From NCBI GenBank assembly GCA_012718885.1, contig JAAYBK010000357.1, positions 1 through 54,548 on the forward strand: a stretch of 54,548 nucleotides of DNA, written 5' to 3'. Position numbers and translations under genes: made by a program. This stretch comes from Ruminococcus sp. GTDB taxonomy: Bacteria > Bacillota > Clostridia > Oscillospirales > Ruminococcaceae. The first letter of the stretch is position 1; each line of letters opens with the position of its first letter. This document shows positions 1 to 9,382 of the stretch, in pieces. A model generated the notes under the pieces. The model was not told where the DNA came from. It saw only the letters and a list, made by a program, of their open reading frames with translations, and ran no database searches.

Positions 1-1
1 C

Positions 2-2224
2 CTTTCCGGCTGGCAGCTCCGTATCGCTTATGGTATTGTTCATCCATTCTGCAAGATAGGGGCCTGCCGGATACACATTCAGCACTCTGATATGCTCCTC
101 CTCGTTCCAGATAGAACGTGGCTCCCACTTCTCGCCGTTGGTTCTTCTGTTGAGCTGGTAGCTGTAGCTCTCGGCATCATTGCTGATATCGTTCCATGTG
201 ATATCTATCATGTTCTCCTGATCCGGATCCTCCGAGCTGTTCATTATAAGATCCTGAACAGGCTTATCAACTACCTGAAGCTTGCGCTGGCCTTCCTTCA
301 TGAGGTTGCCCTCGCTGTCATAAAGCTTGCCGGTAACTATATACTCTCCTGCATCCTTTACATGGAAAGTAAGCTGATCCTCGTTCTTGTATACAGGGAA
401 CTCAGCCTTGCCCTCGTAATATGTGAGAGTGCCCTTTTCAAGCTCAACGTCAAAGTTGGTATCTGTTATAAGCTCCTCGCCGCTATAGACTGCAAGCTCT
501 GCCTTGCCCTTGAAAGGGCCGTTGGAGTAGTAGTTGATCTCTGCTCCCGCAGTGATCTCCTTCTCGTTTCCGGCGTATACATAATACTCGCTGAGTATTG
601 GGCCGAACCAGGTCACTTCAAACTGAGTAGTCTCTCCGTCCTCAGGAGCATCCTCTATTACCGGTGCTTCGATGACATTGAACTCTGTCTCGCCCTTTAT
701 AACTTCTTTTCCGTCATGCAGGCATACTGCCTCGATAGTGTACTTGCCGGGCTTTGAGGTATCAGCCTTGAAGCTGAGAGGCTCCGGTGTTACCACTGTC
801 TTCTCAGGTACAAGCACTACCTTATCCGTCCTTGAAGCAACTTCCTTGCCGTCCTTCATGACTCTTGTCTTTATCTCCGCATTGTTCTCAACATTTGTAG
901 CGTAGAGAAGATCTGCTGTTACACTGACCTCCGCATCTGTACCGGTAAATGCTGAGTATTTGTCGGTATTTACTGCAAGGCAGCTTACCTCTGTTGAGTA
1001 AACTGTATCGTCCTCGCTTATCTGCATATCTATGCGCTGTGATTTTACGACCACATCACCCTTGAGGAGCTCTGCAACTGCATATACTTCCTTGCCTGGC
1101 TCGTTTATCCTGAACTCGCCGGCCTCTATCTCGGCTGAAGTACCGCTCTGAGGAAGAGAAGCCTTGCTGACGTTCTCGTATATGGGATTGCCGTCGCTGT
1201 ATACTGTGAACTTCAGGTCAAGCTCTGCGTCGTAATTGCTCTTATAGCCGATCTTTGTAACTGCCTTTACAGGCGCTGCACTTCCCGGCTTGCTCTCAGA
1301 TGTGCTGAGAGATGTGCTGAAAGTTGTAACATTCACTGAATTCTCAAGGTCAAGTCCTGTGAGGAGCTCTATTGCAAGGGCAGTTGTCCTGACGCTTCCT
1401 GCAAAGCTTCCGTCAGTTCTCTCCGCCTTGCTCAGATCGTTCACAACTGTAGCTGCATCGAACTTCTCTCCCGCTGCCAGGAATGCAAGGTACTTGCATA
1501 TAGTCTTATCTATACCGGAATCGGTATAGCTGTCGCTCACATTATCCTCAAGATAGCTGACAGGAGCTTCAAGTGCAGACATATCATAATTTCCTGCACT
1601 GAGGAACTTTCCGGCGTTATATACCACCATAGCTGTGAGCTCAGGGTCGCTGGCATTGTTATCCGCATAGGCAAATCCGCCGTCAGGAGCCTCTGTACTG
1701 AAAAGGTATGAGCATATAGCTGCTCCGGAGATATCTCCTCCGCTGTAGCCTGTCTCATTTATTGCTCCGAGCACAAGTGCTGAATCAAGCACATCGCTGG
1801 CATAATCCGGATAAAGGCCGAAGCCGCCGTCCTGATTCTGTTTTACCTCAAGCTTGCTCAGGTACTCCTGCTTTCCGGATGCAGCTGCAAGTCTTGCAGT
1901 CATATCCGTATTGCTGAATGATACCTTTTCCGAAAGCCACTGAAGGCTGTCATCATGTCCGCTCTTTTCAGCCTTACGGTAGGCCTTGAGGGCGTATGCA
2001 GTATCATTGACCGTTCTGCTGTCACCATAGCTGTTATCTGACGATTTCCTTGTGTCAAGATAAGCCGCAGCCTTATTTATCATGCCGCTGCGGATCTCCT
2101 TGGGATCCGGGGAGCCTGATCCATGGCTGCTTACCTTGATCATAGCACAGGTATTCACCCCAAGCACTGCGCTGAGGAATACAGAGATCGTCTTTCTGTT
2201 GATCTTCCTGCTCTTATGATCCAT
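2..2224 (-). CDS. Large secreted protein, N-terminal part only (runs off the left edge); prenyltransferase/squalene-cyclase-like repeats followed by probable beta-rich domains
   Basis: Absent from the ORF track because there is no stop in the window. Segments translated by hand from ATG 2224: MDHKSRKINRKTISVFLSAVLGVNTCAM (signal-like), QNQDGGFG and EAPDGGFAY motifs, and in the same frame at the edge HIRVLNVYPAGPYLAEWMNNTISDTELPAGK. GGAGG upstream. Middle not translated codon by codon. Confidence 0.8.
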   Translation of the reverse strand, partial: MDHKSRKINRKTISVFLSAVLGVNTCAMIKVSSHGSGSPDPKEIRSGMINKAAAYLDTRKSSDNSYGDSRTVNDTAYALKAYRKAEKSGHDDSLQWLSEKVSFSNTDMTARLAAASGKQEYLSKLEVKQNQDGGFGLYPDYASDVLDSALVLGAINETGYSGGDISGAAICSYLFSTEAPDGGFAYADNNASDPELTAMVVYNAGKFLSAGNYDMSALEAPVSYLEDNVSDSYTDSGIDKTICKYLAFLAAGEKFDAATVVNDLSKAERTDGSFAGSVRTTALAIELLTGLDLENSVNVTTFSTSLSTSESKPGSAAPVKAVTKIGYKSNYDAELDLKFTVYSDGNPIYENVSKASLPQSGTSAEIEAGEFRINEPGKEVYAVAELLKGDVVVKSQRIDMQISEDDTVYSTEVSCLAVNTDKYSAFTGTDAEVSVTADLLYATNVENNAEIKTRVMKDGKEVASRTDKVVLVPEKTVVTPEPLSFKADTSKPGKYTIEAVCLHDGKEVIKGETEFNVIEAPVIEDAPEDGETTQFEVTWFGPILSEYYVYAGNEKEITAGAEINYYSNGPFKGKAELAVYSGEELITDTNFDVELEKGTLTYYEGKAEFPVYKNEDQLTFHVKDAGEYIVTGKLYDSEGNLMKEGQRKLQVVDKPVQDLIMNSSEDPDQENMIDITWNDISNDAESYSYQLNRRTNGEKWEPRSIWNEEEHIRVLNVYPAGPYLAEWMNNTISDTELPAGK

Positions 2225-2281
2225 TTAACACCATCCTCCGTAAATATATTATAGATCGCCATAATATGGCAATTATATAAT

Positions 2282-2310
2282 ATTTTACCACTCCATTAAT
2301 GATAAGTCTA
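2282..2310 (-). promoter_or_regulatory. Putative sigma-A promoter for the large secreted protein
   Basis: TAGACT-17bp-TAAAAT with extended TG. Confidence 0.5.
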
Positions 2311-2441
2311 TCCATTTATTGTTATTTTCGCAAAATTATACGTATAGTATATAAATTTGTGCAAAAGGCTATAAATTGCTGTTCCGTAAACGCAAAAACG
2401 GATACACAGTAACGATACTGCATATCCGTTATGTTTATAAA

Positions 2442-3734
2442 TTATACACATACTGATGAAAGTACATCTGGTATGAGAACTTCTGTAGTAACTATCCCCT
2501 TGTCAAATTTGAGATCGAATTCTCCGTTAAGATTACGGACACATTCCTGAACGTTCCTTATACCGTAGCCGTGTCCCTCCTCAGCCTTGCCTGATATGAA
2601 CCTGTCACCCTCAGTAACGGGCGCAGTGGATGAAGAGTTCTTCACTATTATCAGAAGGTTGGTATTGTACGTCTTCACTATCGCTTCAACATTTTTCTTC
2701 TCGGAAGCTGAGGCTGCTTCATAGGCATTTTTCATAATGTTTGAAAATACCGTACATATATCGTATGAGGAGAGCGACAGTCCCTCCGGCATATGTCCTT
2801 TCCAGGTGAAATCCACCTTAGGATACTTGGCGGAAAGGTCATTTATAACGGCACTCACCAGATCGTTTCCGGTATCCACGCTTTTTTTCAGATCCTTTAT
2901 CCTGTCTGTCAGTTCTGAAAGATAGGAGCGGCATTCATCCGTTTTTCCCTCATCGAAAAGCGTGCTCATACAGTAGAGGTGGCTCTTCATATCGTGGCGG
3001 AAGGCCTTTGTCTCCTCCTCTTTCTTCAGCAGCATGAGGTAATACTCTTCAAGTATGGCAGTCATTCTGCTGGCTGCTTCATTCTCCTTTTTCAGGATCT
3101 CGTTCTGGGATTTGTTGGAGATGAGCAGGACGATTATGACAATAAAGATAAGCGAACATATACCCATTGCCAGCGCTATCATATCACGGTTTGCCATATC
3201 GGAATCCGAGAATGCAAAGAGCTGTATGGACGTAAGATAGAAGACTATAGCTGCGCCGCCAAGTGCGAACATAAGCGTATAGCTCTTTGAGAACTGATAT
3301 GTAATGCTCTTGCGCCGGCGGTACTTCGCCAGCATGAATATTCCCACAATTATGAACGTCGGCATATTCACGAGCTGATATGTAAGAGTTCCGCTGCGGA
3401 CATTTGCTGTGTTCATTCCGAAGCCGTACATGATAAAGCCGTTTATTATCATGTCAAGTATGCAGATGTAGATATATATAACAAAGACATATACGATCTG
3501 GAGCTTCTTTTTCAGGATGCACAATGCAGAAAGCATGAGCAGCACTGTAAGGAACAGGCTTCTCGGCATTGCAGTCCATTGAACTAAAACGCCGAACAGG
3601 ATAGTAGATACGACCGTAGTCCATATCATCCGCCTTTTCGACACATAGGCCAGGCCGAAAAACATGAATGCCACCGGCACAAGTTTCATATACTCCGTAA
3701 GATAGGAGAGCATCTCAAATAATAATTCCTTCAT
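2442..3734 (-). CDS. AgrC/VirS-like GHKL sensor histidine kinase with multi-TM N-terminus
   Basis: Hydrophobic N-terminal half; FRHDMKSH H-box; NIMKNAYEA N-box; GHGYG G-box. Confidence 0.92.
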   Translation of the reverse strand: MKELLFEMLSYLTEYMKLVPVAFMFFGLAYVSKRRMIWTTVVSTILFGVLVQWTAMPRSLFLTVLLMLSALCILKKKLQIVYVFVIYIYICILDMIINGFIMYGFGMNTANVRSGTLTYQLVNMPTFIIVGIFMLAKYRRRKSITYQFSKSYTLMFALGGAAIVFYLTSIQLFAFSDSDMANRDMIALAMGICSLIFIVIIVLLISNKSQNEILKKENEAASRMTAILEEYYLMLLKKEEETKAFRHDMKSHLYCMSTLFDEGKTDECRSYLSELTDRIKDLKKSVDTGNDLVSAVINDLSAKYPKVDFTWKGHMPEGLSLSSYDICTVFSNIMKNAYEAASASEKKNVEAIVKTYNTNLLIIVKNSSSTAPVTEGDRFISGKAEEGHGYGIRNVQECVRNLNGEFDLKFDKGIVTTEVLIPDVLSSVCV

Positions 3735-3743
3735 ACCGCTGCC

Positions 3744-4448
3744 TCACACATACTTCGCATTGCTGCGGATGAATTCAAAGTAACTTGTTTTAAGCTGGCT
3801 GTACTTTCTTCGTGAGACAGGTATCTCATCTTTAAGAAAGTCCATAGACACGCTGGTCTTATTCAGTGCACGTATGTGCCCGAAAGCAACAGCATATGAC
3901 TTATGCACCTGTATGAAGCTTCCGTCATCCAGGTCGGCAAGCAGGTTCTTGAGCTGCGCCTGAGCACAGATGACATCGTCTTTTGTATAGATATATGTAC
4001 CGTCGCCGAAGGCTTCGAGACTGATTATATCCTCGCAGTTGACTGTTACCATTTCTCCGGCACTCTTTACGACTATCTTTTTATCCTGTCTGAGTTCGGA
4101 GCAGGTCTCAGCAACAGCCTCCTCCAGCATTTTTCTGTCAACAGGCTTTTCAAGGAAACGGAACGCCCTTACCCTGAAGGCGGCCTGCATGAATTCGGTA
4201 TGGCTGGTAAGAAAGACTATATTGCTCTTGCAGCCCTTCTTTCTCAACTGCTCAGCGGTCTCCATTCCGTTGATACCGTTCATCTCGATATCAAGGAAGA
4301 TGAGATCGTATATCCCCTCTGAGCGGACGAGCTCCTCGCCTGAAGAATACTCCTTGACATCGAATTCTATGTCAAGGGTTCCGAGTGCACTTATCAGATC
4401 GCCCCTGACAAGCGCTTCATCATCACATATTGCAATTTTCAACACCAT
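3744..4448 (-). CDS. LytTR-family response regulator (AgrA-like)
   Basis: KIAICDDE, IFLDIEM, FLTSH, FLEKP receiver motifs; FIQVHKSY and IPVSRR LytTR motifs. Confidence 0.95.
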   Translation of the reverse strand: MVLKIAICDDEALVRGDLISALGTLDIEFDVKEYSSGEELVRSEGIYDLIFLDIEMNGINGMETAEQLRKKGCKSNIVFLTSHTEFMQAAFRVRAFRFLEKPVDRKMLEEAVAETCSELRQDKKIVVKSAGEMVTVNCEDIISLEAFGDGTYIYTKDDVICAQAQLKNLLADLDDGSFIQVHKSYAVAFGHIRALNKTSVSMDFLKDEIPVSRRKYSQLKTSYFEFIRSNAKYV

Positions 4449-4464
4449 TTAGATCACCTCCTTT

Positions 4465-4493
4465 ATTGTAACATATGTAATAGATTTTTTCAA
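4465..4493 (-). promoter_or_regulatory. Putative promoter of LytTR/HK operon 1
   Basis: TTGAAA-17-TACAAT with TG, immediately followed by SD AAAGGAGGTGA. Confidence 0.5.
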
Positions 4494-4541
4494 GAGTTTT
4501 TTAAAAAGTGTAAAACATTATACTTGAAAAAATTTATTCGT

Positions 4542-4572
4542 AAAAAAAATCGGACGGCATGAATCCGTCCGA
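4542..4572 (-). terminator. Intrinsic terminator closing the putative ncRNA
   Basis: tcggacgg/ccgtccga 8 bp stem followed by U8 on the minus strand. Confidence 0.75.
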
Positions 4573-5168
4573 CCACTACAGGGTGTGTTTTTTGTAACTT
4601 TCTTTTAATAATGGATTATCTTGCACAGAGTTTATCCTTATGCGCTTTATCAAGTTGTTGATATTAATCTGGGGATCATAAGTAGGTGATTAACAGAAGA
4701 TCTGGGGGTGAACAGATCTGAATGCTTGGACATTTACTGTATAGAGTGTGCATAACAGTATCAGGATCAGGAGTTATAAATCTCATGAAGCTGACCTTCT
4801 GAGCCGTGACTTATAATTCTTATGATAGAATATCGGTGGAGAGAACACCCGGATTGTATTACGATAATTGCTACGAGCCTTGCTACGTTTTATGGTGAGT
4901 TTGAGAAGTATTCAAAAATGACCGGAAGAATGCTTTGACATTCACAGCGGAGTGGGAAACATAGGGTGGAAGTTTCTCTGTTCAGGCCGTTTTTGAATAC
5001 CGTCCCATAGAACGATGTCTGCATGGTTTTTTTGGTGAATCTGATGGAGAGTCGTTGTTAGATCTTTAATACATCCGTAAGAGCTATAAATTGGCTGTTA
5101 ATATCAACAGCTTGATAAAACGCACATGATATTGAGTGTGACTCATTTTTGAGTTGTCCTCTGTGCTG
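4542..5168 (-). ncRNA. Putative ~625 nt structured regulatory RNA (RNAIII/VR-RNA-like context; family not recognised)
   Basis: No long ORF; bounded by a promoter (5174-5202) and a terminator; nested long-range helices 4623-4630/5159-5166, 4641-4667/5098-5124, 4851-4861/5067-5076, 4886-4895/5005-5014, 4908-4923/4985-5000. Confidence 0.65.
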
Positions 5169-5173
5169 ATTAT

Positions 5174-5241
5174 ATTCTATCACAGCTTCAGGCATATTTC
5201 AAGAGGTTTTCGGTCATCGGTATTTTTTGGACGGTGAACGG
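5174..5241 (-). promoter_or_regulatory. LytTR-type boxed promoter (leftward)
   Basis: Repeats CCGTTCACCG (5241-5232) and CCGATGACCG (5220-5211), 21 bp period; 8 bp; TTGAAA-17-TAGAAT with TG. Confidence 0.75.
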
Positions 5242-5273
5242 TAGAATATGGCGCAGATGCGTGATTTTAAGCA

Positions 5274-5341
5274 CCGTTCACCGCTGAAAAAACGCCGTTC
5301 ACCGGAGTGGGATTTACTTTTTCACATTTTTATTGTATTAT
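5274..5341 (+). promoter_or_regulatory. LytTR-type boxed promoter (rightward)
   Basis: CCGTTCACCG at 5274 and 5295 (21 bp period); 8 bp; TTTACT-17-TATTAT. Confidence 0.75.
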
Positions 5342-5386
5342 TAGTATAGCATTTTATTGCGAATAACTGTATGGAGGTGCTTCCAA

Positions 5387-5428
5387 ATGAAAAGTTTGGT
5401 AGATTGGTTCTGGTGGATCTTCGGATGA
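5387..5428 (+). CDS. 13-aa micropeptide MKSLVDWFWWIFG, putative signalling peptide
   Basis: GGAGGTG SD 7 nt before ATG; own boxed promoter and terminator; resembles MGGFWDFIFGR at 33.2/33.5 kb. Confidence 0.7.
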   Translation: MKSLVDWFWWIFG

Positions 5429-5472
5429 TATTCAATGGGGTGAGATCATTCGTATAATTCAAAAACGAATCA

Positions 5473-5515
5473 GAAAGAGCTCCTGCGGAAGCCTAATCCG
5501 CAGGAGCTCTTTTTC
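5473..5515. terminator. Bidirectional intrinsic terminator
   Basis: agagctcctgcgga/tccgcaggagctct stem with flanking A/T runs between convergent units. Confidence 0.8.
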
Positions 5516-5516
5516 T

Positions 5517-5987
5517 TTAATCTATCGGTATTACAGGAAGCTCTATCGCTCCGGACTCATCTCGTTCAAGAAGACCGTCCTCCGTGTTTGCTGTAGGCAA
5601 TTCCGGTGTCTCAGCCGGCGAATTATCGTCCGGTGTGAGCGCAGTTGCAGACTGACCTGCACTTGCTCCCTCAGTAACAGCCTGTACGGTGTCTGTTTTA
5701 CTTTCATTTGCAGGGATAGTTCCTTCATCCGTAGTCTGCTGCTTTGCAGCCTCTGTTGTTCCGGCAGCAGCTTCTGTAGAAGCCTGCTTTGCATCGGAGC
5801 CCGCTCCGCCTTTATCCTTTTCACCGGCAGCTCCGCCCTCGGATGCTGCTTCCTCAGCAGTTGTATCCTCGGTTGCGGCAGTTTCAGATGTTGTCTCGGA
5901 TGATGAAGATGATGAACTGTTTCCGCCGTTGCATGAAACGAGTGCGACTGACAGAAGCAGTGTTAAAACGATCAATGTTTTTTTCAT
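5517..5987 (-). CDS. Putative lipoprotein, Ser/Thr/Ala/Glu-rich low complexity, C-terminal IELPVIPID
   Basis: Start reassigned to MKKTLIVLTLLLSVALVSC (lipobox-like), GGAGG SD; the longer track ORF is antisense to the next gene. Confidence 0.75.
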   Translation of the reverse strand: MKKTLIVLTLLLSVALVSCNGGNSSSSSSSETTSETAATEDTTAEEAASEGGAAGEKDKGGAGSDAKQASTEAAAGTTEAAKQQTTDEGTIPANESKTDTVQAVTEGASAGQSATALTPDDNSPAETPELPTANTEDGLLERDESGAIELPVIPID

Positions 5988-6044
5988 ATTTCCTCCTGTT
6001 GATTTCCTTTTTTTACTGTGATATAATATCCATGAGGTGATATT

Positions 6045-6896
6045 ATGCGAATTGGTTTTATAGGTGCGGGAAAGGTCGGCTTTTCCCTTGGAAAATACCT
6101 TGCCGTCAACGGCGTTGAGATATCCGGCTATTTCAGCCGCAGCCGCAGCTCCGCAGAGGAAGCTGCCGGATTCACCGGCTCGGCAGTATTCGACGATCCG
6201 GGAACGCTTGCCGCACAGAGCGATACGATATTCATCACTGTCCCCGACGGAGCAATATCCTCCGTTTTCGATCAGCTCAGAGATCACAGCCTCTCCGGAA
6301 AGACGATATGCCATTGCAGCGGCGCTATGACCGCAGATGAAGCCTTCGGCGACCTTTCTGCATACGGCGCATACGGCTGTTCGATACATCCGCTTTTCCC
6401 GGTCAGCAGCAGATATGATTCCTACAAGGAACTGAAAAGTGCTTTCTTCTGTATGGAGGGCAGCAGCGCTGTCATAAATGACTGGAAGGAGCTGTTTTCC
6501 GGCTTCGGCAATCCTGTCCGTATCATCTCCGGTGATACCAAAAGAGAATACCACGCTGCCTGTGCCATATCCAGCAACCTTGTCTGCGCTCTTGTGGCAG
6601 AAAGCACTGAGCTTATGAATAAATGCGGCTTCTCCGGCGAGGAGGCTCTTGCCGCACTTGAGCCGCTTGCTATGGCAAATATAAAAAAGATATTCAGCGC
6701 CGGTCCTGTGGATGCTCTTACAGGCCCGGTCGAGCGCTGCGATATATCCACTGTAAAAAAGCATCTGGCCTGTCTGCCGGAAGGCTCCGGAAAAGAAATG
6801 TACCGGGCAGTATCCCTCAGGCTGACAGATACTGCTGCAAGGAAGCATCCTGACACCGATTACTCGGAAATGAGAGCTCTCCTCGGCAAGAAATAA
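6045..6896 (+). CDS. Rossmann-like + DUF2520 protein, probable PanG-type ketopantoate reductase
   Basis: GFIGAGKVG, HCSGA, SIHP, YHAAC, LTGPVER motifs; adjacent to panBCD. Confidence 0.8.
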   Translation: MRIGFIGAGKVGFSLGKYLAVNGVEISGYFSRSRSSAEEAAGFTGSAVFDDPGTLAAQSDTIFITVPDGAISSVFDQLRDHSLSGKTICHCSGAMTADEAFGDLSAYGAYGCSIHPLFPVSSRYDSYKELKSAFFCMEGSSAVINDWKELFSGFGNPVRIISGDTKREYHAACAISSNLVCALVAESTELMNKCGFSGEEALAALEPLAMANIKKIFSAGPVDALTGPVERCDISTVKKHLACLPEGSGKEMYRAVSLRLTDTAARKHPDTDYSEMRALLGKK

Positions 6897-6907
6897 ATAT
6901 ATATTTC

Positions 6908-6932
6908 AGGGAGGCTCAAAGCCTCCCTTTTT
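6908..6932 (+). terminator. Intrinsic terminator
   Basis: gggaggc/gcctccc stem plus T run. Confidence 0.7.
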
Positions 6933-7315
6933 TATCCTAATTCTCCGTGCTTTTCGTATTCAGCTACCCTGACTATCTCGTTTTCAGAGCCTACGAACAC
7001 CACCTTCGGACGATGCGCCTTTATTTCCTCCGGAGTCATTGCCGCATAGGACATGATTATTACAAGATCGCCCTTCTGGCCAGCTCTTGCAGCCGCTCCG
7101 TTAAGGCATATCACTCCGCTGCCACGCTCTCCGGCGATGACATAGGTCTCGATACGGCTGCCGCTGTTGACATTGACGATATGTACGTGCTCGTACTCAT
7201 AAAGTCCTGCTGCATCCATAAGATCCTCGTCTATAGTCACACTGCCCACGTAATTAAGCTCCGCCTGTGTTATAACAGCACGGTGGATCTTGCTCTTGAG
7301 CATAGATATCTGCAT
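6932..7315 (-). CDS. panD: Aspartate 1-decarboxylase
   Basis: [17 protein letters not shown] cleavage site, NGAAAR. Confidence 0.97.
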   Translation of the reverse strand: MQISMLKSKIHRAVITQAELNYVGSVTIDEDLMDAAGLYEYEHVHIVNVNSGSRIETYVIAGERGSGVICLNGAAARAGQKGDLVIIMSYAAMTPEEIKAHRPKVVFVGSENEIVRVAEYEKHGELG

Positions 7316-7327
7316 TGCACCGCCTCC

Positions 7328-8182
7328 TTATACGTCTTCTGTGAAGAAGTTATCGATAAGGCGTGTCTTGCCGATATATACTGCCATAGCGCAGAGCGCC
7401 GGGCGGTCAAGAGCCGTGATCTGCTGCATTGTAGCGCAGTCCACCATTTTTACATAGTCTATTTTTGCAAGAGGCTCTGCATTGATATGAGCCTTCATAG
7501 CGTCAAGTATAACAGCACAGTCCTTCTCGCCGCTCCTTACCATGTCCATACCCTTGAATATTGCCTGTGAAAGGACAAGTGCAGCCTTTCTCTCGTCAGC
7601 GTTGAGGTAGGTATTTCTTGAGCTCTTTGCAAGTCCGTCAGCCTCTCTTACGATAGGGCAGCCGATGATCTCGATATCCATGTTGAGATCGTCTACCATG
7701 TGGCGGATAACTGCAAGCTGCTGAGCGTCCTTCTTGCCGAAGTAAGCCCTGTCAGGCTTTACGATGTTGAAAAGCTTGGATACTACTGTGCAAACTCCTC
7801 TGAAGTGTACAGGTCTGCTGAGGCCGCAGAGCTCCTGTGTGAGAACTGTCATATCAACGAAGGAAGTAAATCCCTGGTGATACATCTCTGAGGGCTCAGG
7901 ATTGAAAATAAGATCGCCGCCGTGTTCCTCAACGACCTTTGCGTCACGCTCAAGGTCACGGGGATAGCTTTCAAGATCCTCTGTGGGGCCGAACTGGATA
8001 GGATTTACGAAATCGGACACAACAGTCCTGTCATTGTCCCTGTGAGAAGCCTCGATAAGGCTTGCGTGTCCCTCGTGGAGGTATCCCATTGTGGGGACAA
8101 GGCCTACTGTGAGCCCCTGCTTTCTCCACTCCTTCACCTGTGCTCTTACTTCATCTATAGTCTTTACTATCTTCATTTTCAT
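7328..8182 (-). CDS. panC: Pantoate-beta-alanine ligase
   Basis: [34 protein letters not shown]. Confidence 0.97.
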   Translation of the reverse strand: MKMKIVKTIDEVRAQVKEWRKQGLTVGLVPTMGYLHEGHASLIEASHRDNDRTVVSDFVNPIQFGPTEDLESYPRDLERDAKVVEEHGGDLIFNPEPSEMYHQGFTSFVDMTVLTQELCGLSRPVHFRGVCTVVSKLFNIVKPDRAYFGKKDAQQLAVIRHMVDDLNMDIEIIGCPIVREADGLAKSSRNTYLNADERKAALVLSQAIFKGMDMVRSGEKDCAVILDAMKAHINAEPLAKIDYVKMVDCATMQQITALDRPALCAMAVYIGKTRLIDNFFTEDV

Positions 8183-9018
8183 TCACACTCCTTCAAAAGC
8201 TGGCTGATGATCTCTTCGTCTACAGCATATGTATGCTCCTCTGCCGGGAAAGCGCCGGACTTTGTTTCGCTGATGTAGTCGTTGATGCCCTTACGCATGA
8301 GTTCTCCTGCCTCTGCGAAGCGCTTTACGAATTTAGCGGTATGGCCTGTGGTAAGTCCAAGCATATCCTGGTATACCAGTACCTGTCCGTCGCAGCCGTT
8401 TCCTGCGCCGATACCGATAGTCGGGATGAAGAGTTTCTTTGTGATGATCTCAGCAAGCTTTGCAGGTATGCCCTCCAGTACAACTGCACAGGCACCTGCC
8501 TCCTGGATGAGAAGTGCATCTTCTATCAGTTTCTTTGCCTTGTCATAGCTTTTGCCCTGTACCTTAAAGCCGCCGAATGCATTGACTGACTGAGGTGTGA
8601 GGCCAAGATGTGCGACTACCGGGATAGAAGCGTTGACTATCGCTTTTATCTGCTCGCAGACCTCTGCGCCGCCTTCAAGCTTTACGGCATTTGCTCCGCC
8701 CTCCTTTACGAGTCGTCCGGCATTTATAACTGCCTCCTGAACGCTCACCTGATAGGACATAAAGGGCATATCTGCCACGATGAAGGTATTGACTGCTCCT
8801 CTTGAGACAGCAGCTGTATGGTGGATCATATCCTCCATAGTAACAGGCAGGGTATTCTCATAGCCGAGCATTACCATACCAAGAGAATCACCGATAAGTA
8901 TTGCGTTCACTCCGCACTCATCCATGATCTTCGCTGTGGTGTAGTCGTATGCAGTAAGCATCGTGATCTTATCACCGGATTGCTTCTGCTTGAGAAGTGT
9001 TGAAACTGTGTTTTTCAT
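8179..9018 (-). CDS. panB: 3-methyl-2-oxobutanoate hydroxymethyltransferase
   Basis: [28 protein letters not shown]. Confidence 0.97.
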   Translation of the reverse strand: MKNTVSTLLKQKQSGDKITMLTAYDYTTAKIMDECGVNAILIGDSLGMVMLGYENTLPVTMEDMIHHTAAVSRGAVNTFIVADMPFMSYQVSVQEAVINAGRLVKEGGANAVKLEGGAEVCEQIKAIVNASIPVVAHLGLTPQSVNAFGGFKVQGKSYDKAKKLIEDALLIQEAGACAVVLEGIPAKLAEIITKKLFIPTIGIGAGNGCDGQVLVYQDMLGLTTGHTAKFVKRFAEAGELMRKGINDYISETKSGAFPAEEHTYAVDEEIISQLLKECE

Positions 9019-9182
9019 ATTTTTACTCCTTAAAAAGATGTTACCTTTCTGACTTGCAGATAAGATACAAGGGTATTATAATACGGTTATGTGATAGTTT
9101 TGTGAATTTTCTGCCAAACTAAGTAAAAAAATGCCGTTTCCGGCTTTACTATGGGGGTATAACTATGCTATAATAACATCAG

Positions 9183-9347
9183 AAAAACAAAACGCCGAAG
9201 GCGGACAAGCAATGGGAGTCCAGAGGGTTGTTAATCCTCTGGCAGGTGGGTGTAAGAGGGAGGGCAGCGCCCTTCCTAAGAAGCAGTCCGGACAGCGAAG
9301 CAAATCCGGACGGACGCTCTGCAATTGTATGCCTCGGCTTGACCGAC
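9183..9347 (+). repeat. Multi-hairpin dispersed repeat, copy A
   Basis: Homologous to 52695-52858 (+) and 52869-53090 (-); lies between TGcTATAAT (9166-9174) and the GNAT start. Confidence 0.8.
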
Positions 9348-9382
9348 ATATTTCCTTCCAATTATTCAAAGGAGGCTCCACT

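Noticed and set aside
92-1758. Track ORFs 92-757, 672-905, 1290-1529, 1537-1758
   Set aside because: Shadow or alternate frames of the real minus-strand gene starting at 2224
5988-6848. N-terminal extension of the 443-aa ORF
   Set aside because: Antisense to the DUF2520 gene; a better start with SD and lipobox is at 5987
9131-9382. N-terminal extension of the first GNAT
   Set aside because: Reads through a promoter and repeat element; the SD supports 9383
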